25,950 nt of DNA from Bdellovibrionota bacterium (GTDB lineage: Bacteria > Bdellovibrionota_C > UBA2361 > OMII01). The stretch is taken from positions 1 to 25,950 of the forward strand of contig JBIKWQ010000051.1 in NCBI GenBank assembly GCA_044356215.1, written 5' to 3'. The notes under the pieces were generated by a model. It saw only the letters and a program-made list of their open reading frames with translations. It was not told where the DNA came from and made no database searches. How positions within the stretch are numbered: the stretch's first letter is position 1; every line of letters starts with the position of its first letter. The position numbers and the translations under genes are program-made. This document shows, piece after piece, positions 1 through 9,130 of this stretch.

Positions 1-110
1 TTTCCGTGCTTCTTTGCGGTCATTTGTGTCTTCCATTTACAAGCATATGACACACTCCGAAGTATTTAGATACAGAAAAACACTGTGATCGTAGGTAGAA
101 CAACCGCTAG

Positions 111-1037
111 ATGTGGGTAATAGTCAGTCCAAAGGAGAGGTCGCCAGAGATGTCTGGCAATTCATCAAGCCCTTTTTTCGAGTCTCCGGTTAATAAGGAG
201 GCGAGTCACGCCCGACGTTCCAAGATGGCGGAACTTGAGCAAAGCCTTACTACGGAGCGATTATCTACCTGGACAACTATCTACAAGTACCAACTCCCGC
301 TTCCTGCTCAGCACCGCAAGCTCAATGGTATGAAAGTACTCCACTTATCTGACGTGCATCTGCTGAAAGATAATCATCGACCCACCGAACAGCTCGAGCA
401 GATAGATTCGTACCTAGCACGGAACGATCCACGACTAGACCTGATTTTATTCTCAGGGGATCTGATCACACGATCTCCTGATGACTTGAGCGACCGTGCG
501 TTTAAAGTCTTACAAAAGTTGTCGCAGAGGGCTCAACACTCATTTTTCACACTTGGCAATCATGATTATCATGGGCATACCCCACTCGCCGTCGGTGATT
601 GGATCACTAGAGCCGGCTTTCACGAGATCACAAATAAAAGCGTTCGTCTTAGCAGATCAGGGTCAAAGATCTCTTTGTCTGGAGTTGACGATTCCACGTA
701 CGGGAGTCCTCGGGCGCCGAGCCAGGATTCTGTAGGGCCAGATTCTTTCAACATCGGAGTAACTCACAATCTCAATTCTTTGCGCGCAAATTTCCCAAAG
801 AACTTTCATTACTGGTTCGCAGGCCATACTCATGGTGGAGAGGCGTGGCTGAGGACTTTGGCCGACTTGATGAAGAAATGTAACTGTCTCGATGACTTAA
901 ATCAGAATATCCGCGGTTGGAGCATGCTAACCGATACCTGCGCCTCTTTTGTTCATCCAGGGATGGCTAGGTACTACGTCAGGCATCCTGGGCTCTGGCT
1001 ACCGCCGGGCGCTGTGGTGCATACGTTTCGGGCGTAA
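111..1037 (+). CDS. Calcineurin-like metallophosphoesterase (YkuE/YaeI-like); true start may be ATG 150 or 226
   Basis: All five metallophosphoesterase motifs in order: HLSDVH, SGDL, LGNHD, THN, GHTHGG. Confidence 0.9.
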   Translation: MWVIVSPKERSPEMSGNSSSPFFESPVNKEASHARRSKMAELEQSLTTERLSTWTTIYKYQLPLPAQHRKLNGMKVLHLSDVHLLKDNHRPTEQLEQIDSYLARNDPRLDLILFSGDLITRSPDDLSDRAFKVLQKLSQRAQHSFFTLGNHDYHGHTPLAVGDWITRAGFHEITNKSVRLSRSGSKISLSGVDDSTYGSPRAPSQDSVGPDSFNIGVTHNLNSLRANFPKNFHYWFAGHTHGGEAWLRTLADLMKKCNCLDDLNQNIRGWSMLTDTCASFVHPGMARYYVRHPGLWLPPGAVVHTFRA

Positions 1038-1152
1038 GGAAGGGCGACAAAGGATCGCGTAATAGCTTTTTCCATTTGAAGGGAATCTACAGGACTGCAG
1101 CCGTAAACTTTTAGATTATTTTTGTGGGCGAGTCAGGTGAAGTGGTTTATTG

Positions 1153-1203
1153 TTGCTCAACGTTCATAACGTTGATATACTCAACGTTATGAACGTTGAG
1201 CAA
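1153..1203. promoter_or_regulatory. Perfect 23-bp inverted repeat overlapping the ATPase start; candidate operator or hairpin
   Basis: TTGCTCAACGTTCATAACGTTGA (1153-1175), TATAC, TCAACGTTATGAACGTTGAGCAA (1181-1203); four AACGTT hexamers; the right arm contains ATG 1189. The regulatory role is inferred. Confidence 0.6.
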
Positions 1204-2508
1204 GCTAACTATCTATTATTACAGAACAACATAGGACTTCGAGAGGTTTTTCCTAAGCTGCAAAAATTTCAAACTAGCACCCTTCAGTTTCATTGCGACT
1301 TTGGGTTGGAGCGGCTGCCAGAGGAGCCTGGAATTATTCTTATCAGAGGAGCGCGGCAATTTGGTAAGAGCACATGGCTTGAACAGCAAATAGAAAAGAC
1401 TTACAGCGAATATGGCCCTGGCTCCACCCTTTACCTGAATGGAGATGAGATCGCTCTTGCAGGAGATTTAGTGGAGGTCGTTGAGAAAGTCATTCCGCTA
1501 TTCTCATCAAAGGCAACTGTAAGGAGGTTGTTTATCGATGAGATTACAGCGATTGATAAATGGGAACGTGGGATTAAGCTTCTCTCAGATCGAGGCCGTC
1601 TTGCCGATATTTTAGTAGTTACAACTGGCTCGAGCGCCAGTGATATCAGACGTGGTGCGGAGCGACTGCCTGGTAGAAAGGGACGACTGAGCAGAACGAA
1701 TTATATCTTTACCCCGTGTTCATATCGGGAGTTCCGGCGTGTAGCGGCTAATACTTTTGGCGATGATACGCTCATCGCCTATATTCTTTCAGGAGGATCG
1801 CCTCTCGCAGCGAATGAGCTAGCCGAGAATCAACAACTTCCAGACTACATTATTACGCTAACACGGGACTGGCTAATTGGTGAGGTCGTAAGATCAGGTC
1901 GGCAGCGTTCCATGTTGATAAGGGTATTTGAATTTCTGCATAAGAACGGGGCAAATCCTGTGAGTTATAGTAAATTGGCGAGAGATGCTGATTTTGCCAA
2001 TAACACCGTGGCCTCCGGATACGTTGAGCATCTGCAGGATTTACTCTGTGTTGCTCCGACTATTCAATGTGATCCTAGGACAGGAAAAAGGTTTTATCGT
2101 AAATCAATGAAACTAGAACTGTGTAATCTGCTCATGGCAGTAGCAACATCGCCGTATCAGCCGCGATCTGTCGCTGATTTTATGGCGCTACCAGCTACCG
2201 AGCAGGGCAAGTTTTATGAATGGTTAGTGGCTCAGGAGTTGTGGCGTCGAAACAGTTTAAGGGAGCTCGAGTATCAAGGTGAGCTAAGTTACTATCGAGA
2301 TGGTGAAAATGAACTTGATTTCATCCTCAACAAAAATTCGGCGATAGAAGTTAAGCGTGGACAAGCAAGCCCGCATGAATTCCAATGGCTGCATGCCGAA
2401 CATCCAAATCTGGCGGTAAAAGTAATCTGCACCAACACAATTGATATGCGGCGTGTTAGCTCGGTTTCCATGGAAGAGTTTCTATTGTCAGAGGCCGAGG
2501 TGGTCTAG
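1189..2508 (+). CDS. AAA_14 / DUF4143-type ATP-binding protein with C-terminal PD-(D/E)xK-like nuclease motif
   Basis: Walker A GARQFGKS, Walker B LFIDEI, TGSS, GR motif, GGSP, C-terminal ELDFIL...AIEVKRG. The ORF track starts at TTG 1150; ATG 1189 is more plausible. The stop TAG is part of a MITE-type TIR (CTAG 2505-2508). Confidence 0.85.
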   Translation: MNVEQANYLLLQNNIGLREVFPKLQKFQTSTLQFHCDFGLERLPEEPGIILIRGARQFGKSTWLEQQIEKTYSEYGPGSTLYLNGDEIALAGDLVEVVEKVIPLFSSKATVRRLFIDEITAIDKWERGIKLLSDRGRLADILVVTTGSSASDIRRGAERLPGRKGRLSRTNYIFTPCSYREFRRVAANTFGDDTLIAYILSGGSPLAANELAENQQLPDYIITLTRDWLIGEVVRSGRQRSMLIRVFEFLHKNGANPVSYSKLARDADFANNTVASGYVEHLQDLLCVAPTIQCDPRTGKRFYRKSMKLELCNLLMAVATSPYQPRSVADFMALPATEQGKFYEWLVAQELWRRNSLRELEYQGELSYYRDGENELDFILNKNSAIEVKRGQASPHEFQWLHAEHPNLAVKVICTNTIDMRRVSSVSMEEFLLSEAEVV

Positions 2509-2525
2509 GGAAGGCCGGCAAAACC
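2505..2525 (+). repeat. Solitary left terminal inverted repeat of the MITE family seen at 10430 and 25836
   Basis: CTAGGGAAGGCCGGCAAAACC identical to 10430-10450 and 25836-25856; the following sequence (TCGCTTAC) differs from the MITE body. Confidence 0.85.
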
Positions 2526-2560
2526 TCGCTTACTCGATGTTTTGTTAGAAACGGCAGTAG

Positions 2561-2828
2561 TGACTTGAGCGACCGTGCGTTTAACGTCTTACAAAAGTTG
2601 TCGCAGAAGGCTCAACACTCATTTTTCACACTTGGCAATCATGACTATCACGGGCACACTCCACTCGCCGTCGGTGATTGGATCACTAGAGCCGGCTTTC
2701 ACGAGATCACAAGGGATGGCGAGGTACTACGTCAGGCATCCTGGGCTCTGGCTACCGCCGGGCGCTGTGGTGCATACGTTTCGGGCTTAAGGAAGGGCGA
2801 CAAAGGATCGCGTAATAGCTTTTTCCAT
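2561..2828 (+). pseudogene. Partial duplicate of the metallophosphoesterase gene with a 326-bp internal deletion (frameshifted)
   Basis: 2561-2712 matches 482-633; 2713-2828 matches 960-1075; 634-959 is missing; 8 substitutions counted by eye. Confidence 0.92.
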
Positions 2829-2848
2829 CACCTGTGTAATTTGAGTCG

Positions 2849-3967
2849 CTAAGCCCTAAGCTCTTTGCATCGCCTAATGTAATCCTGAACTATGCCCCTT
2901 GTTTCATCAGGGTACACCTTCTCCATATCGCCCTGACATATTCTTGCAAGCTGATCGCTGCTATCAGCTAGAAAGGAATCTACGATCTTCATAGTTCTCT
3001 GGTTTAGACGTCGAAGGATCGGAACTCCTAGCTCCTTTAGTGCTTGAGCATTATAGCTTTGCTCTGGCTGTGCTCGTTGCGGGACTCCTATGAAAAACTT
3101 CTTGAGGTACAATAGCTCGGCAGGGAGCTGAAATCCTGTTGTGACAACTGCCGCGTAACATCTGCCTAGATCAGCAAGATACTCGTCTCGATATCCGGCC
3201 GGTTTAAATATGACGTGAGATAGTGGCTGATAATTCTCTTTCAGTCCCTGATGATAAATAATCCAAGGGCGACCATTATGTGGCTTCAACAGGTCTGTTA
3301 GAACATTAATTTCATAACCTGGTAGATAACCCAAAACGTGCTCTCCTTTTTCAACCTCGTGGCGAGACACCAATTCTCTTATTCCGCGCTGAATTATCGG
3401 CGTATTAATTCTCAGGTCGTTACGACCGGTACGATATTGCTTAAAATGAAAACCCTCGTAAAAGTCAGCTTTGCAAAAGTTACGAAGAAACCAATCGGTG
3501 GGGACATTCGTGATGTTCCAGGGAGGTCGAGGAACAAACGGCGACAGGAAAGCCGAATGGTGGTCAACGCGCTGGGCAAAAATCGGTCGCTCTTTTGATT
3601 TTATGTTTTCTCGATACTTCTGCAGGCCGCCACATGCTACAAACTCAAAGTCTGCCCAGATGCCATCGGGTTGCACCTGTCGCAACAATTCGGCAAATTC
3701 GAAACGCTCGCTTCTTAAAGTAGGAAGTTTCAGTAACTGCAATGCTGCATGAGTTAGGTCGACACCGCTTTTGCCGTATTTCCAGGAAATTCCACTGTAT
3801 TCATGATCGGGCTGCTGGTCGGGGGGTAATAACTTGCCCTCTGGTCGCCCACTTCCCACAGTAATTACCTCTGCTTCTTGGCGAAGACTTTCTATAAATG
3901 CCCTAACCCTTTGTTCGTGCCCTTTTCCGGTTAGGTTGCTGGCTAAAATAATTTTAAGTTCCGGCAT
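2849..3967 (-). CDS. GT-B fold glycosyltransferase (Glyco_trans_1_3 / MJ1255-like)
   Basis: N-terminal GKGH..R, PD..WADFE, DHH, TPII, LGYLP, TTGFQLPAELLYLKK, PQRAQPEQSYNA..L. ATG 3967 preferred over TTG 4054. Confidence 0.8.
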   Translation of the reverse strand: MPELKIILASNLTGKGHEQRVRAFIESLRQEAEVITVGSGRPEGKLLPPDQQPDHEYSGISWKYGKSGVDLTHAALQLLKLPTLRSERFEFAELLRQVQPDGIWADFEFVACGGLQKYRENIKSKERPIFAQRVDHHSAFLSPFVPRPPWNITNVPTDWFLRNFCKADFYEGFHFKQYRTGRNDLRINTPIIQRGIRELVSRHEVEKGEHVLGYLPGYEINVLTDLLKPHNGRPWIIYHQGLKENYQPLSHVIFKPAGYRDEYLADLGRCYAAVVTTGFQLPAELLYLKKFFIGVPQRAQPEQSYNAQALKELGVPILRRLNQRTMKIVDSFLADSSDQLARICQGDMEKVYPDETRGIVQDYIRRCKELRA

Positions 3968-4164
3968 AGTTGAGTCTCCGGGTCTCCGTATCTCATATCC
4001 AACGATCTGAAAAAACAGGAATTTGGTTAAAAATTCACTAGGAAAGCGGGGCAAGAGCCCGATGAGGCGAGGTATTATATCGCCTCTAACGATATTAATT
4101 TTGTCTTAGGCGGATGAAAGAAGTTATAATATCAAGAGAAGCTAATCTCACGGGGTCCAACTAA

Positions 4165-6303
4165 ATGTCTCAGCCTAAGCGTAAACGCTCCAGAAGGGTG
4201 ATTAAACCTGATCACAGATCTTTTGAGGTTATCTCAGGGTCATCTAACGAGCATCTCTTTGTAAACAGAGAACTTAGTTGGCTTCAGTTCAACTCACGTG
4301 TGCTCGCTCAGGCGGCTGACCCCTTTATGCCCTTACTTGAAAGGGTCCGATTTCTGGGGATCTTCGACTCTAATCTAGATGAATTCTTCATGAAACGTGT
4401 CGGTGGCCTTAAACGACAGGTGCTCGCCGGGGTCGCGAGTGTAAGCGCTGATGGACTAAGCGCTAAGCAGCAACTGGAATCTATTCGATATGCACTGGAG
4501 CCGCTCCTAGTCGAGCAACAGCGGATATTTTTAGAAGAGATCCTACCAGGTCTTAGGCGGGAGAAGATCGAGTTAATAGAGTGGCACAACCTTAATGATG
4601 AGGAGCGGGCCTTTGCCCGACACTTCTACGAGTCTCAGGTGTTTCCTCTTCTAACGCCTCTATCGGTTGATTCAGGGCATCCCTTCCCTTTCATCTCAAA
4701 CCTCTCTCTCTCCCTTGGGTTCTCTCTGCAACATCCTGATTACGAGGATCCCCTATTCGCTCGTGTAAAGGTCGATTCGCATCTGCCGCAGTGGATACGG
4801 ATCCCCTCTCGGAGCGAGGATAGCACTATCAGATTCCTGAGCATGGGAGGTCTGATTATGAGTCAAGCCGAAACGCTTTTTCCAGGGATGAAGATACTGG
4901 GATGTATGCCATTTCGGGTCACACGTAACATCGACCTGCATATCGATGATGAGGATGCCGAAGACCTAATGGAGGCGATTGAGGAGGGACTAAGAGCCAG
5001 GCGCGCCGGAAGAGTCGTTAGGCTTGAGCACGGGCCTAATCCTGAGCCGTGGATATTACAATTTATAATTGATGAACTAGACCTTGAAGCAGACGCGGTT
5101 TTTGAGTCGCGTGGTCTATTAGATTATTCCGGGCTCTCTCCACTTATTGAGCTTGATATCCCCCGACTGAAATTTCCGCATTGGTCGCCATCCGTTCCGA
5201 TAAGTATCCCTGAAGATGTAAATATATTTCAGGCGATCCGATCACACGACATATTGGTGCATCATCCCTACGAAAGCTTTACAGCGAGCGTTGAACGTTT
5301 TTTGCGCGATGCCGCTCACGATCCAAAGGTAGTCGCCATCAAGATGACCATCTACCGTGTCGGACAGGTAACTCCTCTTATGCCATACTTGATGCGCGCC
5401 GCGGAGGCCGGCAAAGAGGTTGTTTGCCTGGTTGAACTCAAGGCTCGCTTTGACGAGAAGCACAACATCTATTGGGCGCAAGAGCTGGAGAAAGCCGGCG
5501 TTCATGTCGTATATGGTATCCCCGGATTAAAGACTCACGCAAAGACGATACTTGTTGTTCGAAATGAGCCTGAGGGATTAAAGGCTTACGCTCATTGTGG
5601 AACAGGTAACTATCACACGAGAACATCTAATCTCTACACCGATTTTGGTTTGTTTACCTCGAGACCTGAACTGACACGGGAATTCATGGATTTCTTTAAT
5701 TATCTTAGTGGTCGATCTTTAAAGAACGACTACAAGAAACTATTGGTCGCACCTCTAACGATGGAAGGTAAGTTAATCGAATTGATCGAGAGAGAGATAG
5801 ACCATCATAGAAATGGATGGCCTGGAAGGATCATTCTCAAGATGAACGCGCTAGAGGACCGGCATTTAATCGAGAAGCTATACGAAGCCTCAAAAGCCGG
5901 GGTGTCTGTTGATCTAATTGTTCGAGGGGCATGTTGTCTCCGTCCTGGAGTCAGTGGACTGAGTGATAATATCAGAGTCATTTCAATAATCGGACGATTA
6001 CTCGAGCACTCACGAGCTTTTTATTTCGGTAATGGTCAAACGAATCCCCTAGACGGAATTTTCTATATCTCTAGCGCTGATTGGATGGGCCGCAATATGC
6101 ATAGGAGAGTTGAGGTAGCGATACCGATCGAGGAGCTATCTCTTAAAGATAAGATCTGGGCCGTCCTATCGGTTATGCTTGATGATCATCGGCTAGCCTG
6201 GGAGATGCAGAACGATGGATTTTATATTCGTCGAAACTTAGTACCTGGCAAAAGCAACCTTGGCACTCATGACGCCTTGATGGGAAACAAGTCCCCTGAC
6301 TAG
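4165..6303 (+). CDS. ppk1: Polyphosphate kinase 1
   Basis: NRELSWLQFNSRVL, NLDEFFMKRV, HPFPFISN, HHPYESF, ELKARFDE, KTHAK, GTGNY, LEHSR, SADWM.RN. Confidence 0.97.
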   Translation: MSQPKRKRSRRVIKPDHRSFEVISGSSNEHLFVNRELSWLQFNSRVLAQAADPFMPLLERVRFLGIFDSNLDEFFMKRVGGLKRQVLAGVASVSADGLSAKQQLESIRYALEPLLVEQQRIFLEEILPGLRREKIELIEWHNLNDEERAFARHFYESQVFPLLTPLSVDSGHPFPFISNLSLSLGFSLQHPDYEDPLFARVKVDSHLPQWIRIPSRSEDSTIRFLSMGGLIMSQAETLFPGMKILGCMPFRVTRNIDLHIDDEDAEDLMEAIEEGLRARRAGRVVRLEHGPNPEPWILQFIIDELDLEADAVFESRGLLDYSGLSPLIELDIPRLKFPHWSPSVPISIPEDVNIFQAIRSHDILVHHPYESFTASVERFLRDAAHDPKVVAIKMTIYRVGQVTPLMPYLMRAAEAGKEVVCLVELKARFDEKHNIYWAQELEKAGVHVVYGIPGLKTHAKTILVVRNEPEGLKAYAHCGTGNYHTRTSNLYTDFGLFTSRPELTREFMDFFNYLSGRSLKNDYKKLLVAPLTMEGKLIELIEREIDHHRNGWPGRIILKMNALEDRHLIEKLYEASKAGVSVDLIVRGACCLRPGVSGLSDNIRVISIIGRLLEHSRAFYFGNGQTNPLDGIFYISSADWMGRNMHRRVEVAIPIEELSLKDKIWAVLSVMLDDHRLAWEMQNDGFYIRRNLVPGKSNLGTHDALMGNKSPD

Positions 6304-6359
6304 AGAGGGAAGCCCCCTGTACAAGAAGGTCTGTTTACTGTAATCAAATCTAAACAATC

Positions 6360-7889
6360 ATGCTCAAATTTGCCGCTATTGATATAGGCTCAAACGCTAT
6401 TAGACTTGTCGTCGCCGAGGTTTCTCAGGCGGGTCGAATTAAAGTGCTTTCAAAACAAAGATCCGCGATCCGACTAGGAGCCGATGTTTTCTCTCGTGGT
6501 CGCATATCTAAGAAGCTAATGATGGAGTGCGCTACGTCCATTAAGAGTTTTAAGGCAGTTTGCGATCGGCACCGTGTCTCTCAGATCCGCGCGGTGGCAA
6601 CAAGCGCACTTCGCGAAGCTCGAAATAGTGACGAATTTAAAAGGGTGATTAAGGCTCGCACCGGCGTATCAATCGACGTGATTGCAGGAATTGAGGAGGC
6701 TCAGTTAATCAACCTAGCCATAGCTAGAACAGTTGATATCTCCGATTCACTCGCTGTAACGATCGATATGGGTGGGGGTAGTACCGAGGTTAATCTGGTC
6801 CAAAATGGGGCGGTGATAATGTCTGAAACGCATCCCATCGGCGCCGTAAGACTACTCCATCTTCTCCGGGCTGAGAAATCCACAGCAACACAATTCGCCC
6901 GAATGGTTAGAGATTATACCAGAAGCCTTCAGGGCCAACTGCGGAGCCATCTAGGGAAGCGTAAGGTTGATATATGCGTCGGCACAGGCGGTAATTTCGA
7001 GGCGCTGAGCGATCTTCGCGTTACGCTACTTAAGCTACCCAGAGGAAATCGTCTATCTTTAGTCGAGCTACGCCGAATTATAAAAACTCTTAGATCGGTC
7101 CCGGTGTCTGAAAGAATCAGTAAACTTGGACTTCGCCCCGATCGAGCCGATGTAATAGCGCCAGCAGCGGAGGTATTAGCCGAGATTATGATCTCGGCTA
7201 ATGTAAAAGAGATCCTGATTCCGCGAGTGGGATTGCGAGAGGGGGTCCTTTATCACATGGTAGCGCGGATACGCCCTGTTGCTGATCGAGAAAAGCGCCA
7301 ACAGTGCTACTCATTCGCTCAAGAACTTATAAGGATATATCAGAGTGATAGACGCCACTGCGAGTCTGTTAAAAACCACGCGTTATACCTATTTGATCGG
7401 CTAAAAAGGATTCACCGCTTGGATTCGGAGGCGCGCCTCTTAATAGAATTATCCGCCTTACTCCACGACATAGGGCGATTCGTTAACACTGAGGACCATC
7501 ACAAGCACTCGATGTACCTCATTCGTGCGGCTTCTTTTATCGGATTGGATCGAGAAAAACAGGATATCATCGCGTGCATAGCGCGATATCATCGTGGGGC
7601 TCTGCCAAAGAAGAATCATGAGGTTTACCGAGATCTTTCACCAGGTAATCAACGTAAAGTTCGTCTGCTCGCCGCCCTTTTGCGAATTGCCGATGCCGCA
7701 GATCGAGGGAAAGGGCGCGCGAGTAAGATTTCGATCCAAATAAAGAAACGCAGCCCCTACGCGCTTCTGCTACATGGTAGAGGAGATCTTTCTCTAGAGC
7801 GTTGGTCGATCGACAAAAAATCAGATCTCTTTTCAAAGGAGTACCACCGCAAGCTAATCGTCGGTGTGAGGGATGGGATTGGGCGATGA
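6360..7889 (+). CDS. ppx: Ppx/GppA exopolyphosphatase with C-terminal HD domain
   Basis: AIDIGSNAIRL, ATSALREA.N, G.EEA, DMGGGSTE, GLREG, LLHDIG, HHKHS; directly downstream of ppk1. Confidence 0.93.
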   Translation: MLKFAAIDIGSNAIRLVVAEVSQAGRIKVLSKQRSAIRLGADVFSRGRISKKLMMECATSIKSFKAVCDRHRVSQIRAVATSALREARNSDEFKRVIKARTGVSIDVIAGIEEAQLINLAIARTVDISDSLAVTIDMGGGSTEVNLVQNGAVIMSETHPIGAVRLLHLLRAEKSTATQFARMVRDYTRSLQGQLRSHLGKRKVDICVGTGGNFEALSDLRVTLLKLPRGNRLSLVELRRIIKTLRSVPVSERISKLGLRPDRADVIAPAAEVLAEIMISANVKEILIPRVGLREGVLYHMVARIRPVADREKRQQCYSFAQELIRIYQSDRRHCESVKNHALYLFDRLKRIHRLDSEARLLIELSALLHDIGRFVNTEDHHKHSMYLIRAASFIGLDREKQDIIACIARYHRGALPKKNHEVYRDLSPGNQRKVRLLAALLRIADAADRGKGRASKISIQIKKRSPYALLLHGRGDLSLERWSIDKKSDLFSKEYHRKLIVGVRDGIGR

Positions 7890-7971
7890 GATTAGGGGGT
7901 GCCTTTTTCTTGTGAAACTGTTTAGTCACGCAGGCCGATCGTTACTTGGCTAATCTGGTGTGAGATTGACC

Positions 7972-9051
7972 TCACCTCGCCGGCCGGATCCCCCCATCAG
8001 CCACAACCATGAGTGTCGCTTCCGCTCTGTTGCCGGCGCGCGAGCCTCTAAAATCAACTAATCCGGTCGCTCCGGTATAATTAAGCTTCGAGACGTCGCT
8101 CTGTAGATCCTTTGGGTTATTTTTAAAAGCCCGGGCTAATACCATCACAGCCTCATAGCTGTTTTGCGGGGCCATAATTGGCTCTGTTTTAAATTTAGCC
8201 CTAAAACGCTCGTTAAAACTCTCTGTAGCTAGCCAGTCCACAAAATAAACTCCTCTGGCTTCGCTAGCTGGTAGCCCCCTACTCTTAATCGCCTCATCGA
8301 GGTCGCTAGTTGTTAGAACCCTGGGGTTAAATTGCAGCTCTCGCATTCTTTTTAGCGCGTGGTCGATTCCAAACGCTACGATCACTCCGTCTGGCTTCTT
8401 CGACTTGGCTCGCAAGATCTCAGCTCGCATATCTGAGGTGTAATCGGCGATACAATTCTCATCGACTATACTAACTCCACGCGCGGCGGCCACGGATCGC
8501 CAGACGTCAAGATATGTTCTTCCCCATGTGTTATCAGCGCAGATTATCGCCACACTCTTTATATCTTTATTGATCTCAAAGAAGCTGTCTACTGGTGCTG
8601 CTATACTTTCTTTTCTAGGACACGTTGTAAAAAAATACTCCGAGTTACTTGGCATATCGGTATCGAAAATAGATGGTGTCACTAAAACGACCCTACTTTT
8701 TTGGGCTAGCGGCACCATTGGGAGTGTTACAAATGAGAAGATATCGCCGATTAAAGCGTCGACGTGATCGATCCTGACTAATTTGTTAAACGCGGCGACG
8801 CCGCCCTTTGGGGTTGTGGCGCTATCTTCAAAGAGGATCTCTAGCGGTCGTCCGTTTATGCCACCTGTCGCGTTTACCTCATCACGAGCAAGCTCAATTC
8901 CTCGCCTCGCTTGGGCGCTCCATATATTCGCGGCTCCGGTGAATCCATATATCGCTCCGATGCGAAAAGGTTGGAGCTTTGGGGTTTCCGCCGCGGCTGT
9001 GCAAATAGAAAAGAAGAATAAGATGGCCAGAATTAATCTCATGAGGAGCAA
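7972..9051 (-). CDS. Periplasmic ABC-type substrate-binding protein, branched-chain amino acid (LivJ/LivK-like, type 1 PBP) family
   Basis: Signal peptide; IGAIYGFTG, GIELARDEVNATGGINGRPLEILFEDS, YEAV..LA.A, YTGATGLVDF; no adjacent permease. Confidence 0.85.
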   Translation of the reverse strand: MLLMRLILAILFFFSICTAAAETPKLQPFRIGAIYGFTGAANIWSAQARRGIELARDEVNATGGINGRPLEILFEDSATTPKGGVAAFNKLVRIDHVDALIGDIFSFVTLPMVPLAQKSRVVLVTPSIFDTDMPSNSEYFFTTCPRKESIAAPVDSFFEINKDIKSVAIICADNTWGRTYLDVWRSVAAARGVSIVDENCIADYTSDMRAEILRAKSKKPDGVIVAFGIDHALKRMRELQFNPRVLTTSDLDEAIKSRGLPASEARGVYFVDWLATESFNERFRAKFKTEPIMAPQNSYEAVMVLARAFKNNPKDLQSDVSKLNYTGATGLVDFRGSRAGNRAEATLMVVADGGIRPAR

Positions 9052-9130
9052 GATGCCATGAAAGAATATGCGAGGGTAGAGAGGAGCTCATCGCCCTCGT
9101 CAGGTATTCGCTTCGTCGTTGGGCCCTATC

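Noticed and set aside
2561..2828. Duplicated segment as a DGR template/variable repeat pair
   Set aside because: Mismatches are mostly C/T and G/T at synonymous sites rather than adenine-specific, and the gene is not a CLec/Ig target
2565..2852. 95-aa and 71-aa ORFs as real genes
   Set aside because: They are frameshifted pieces of the duplicated phosphoesterase fragment
7890..7971. Intrinsic terminator between ppx and the convergent binding-protein gene
   Set aside because: The stem (AGGGGGTGCCTTTTT) is too short and weak to call
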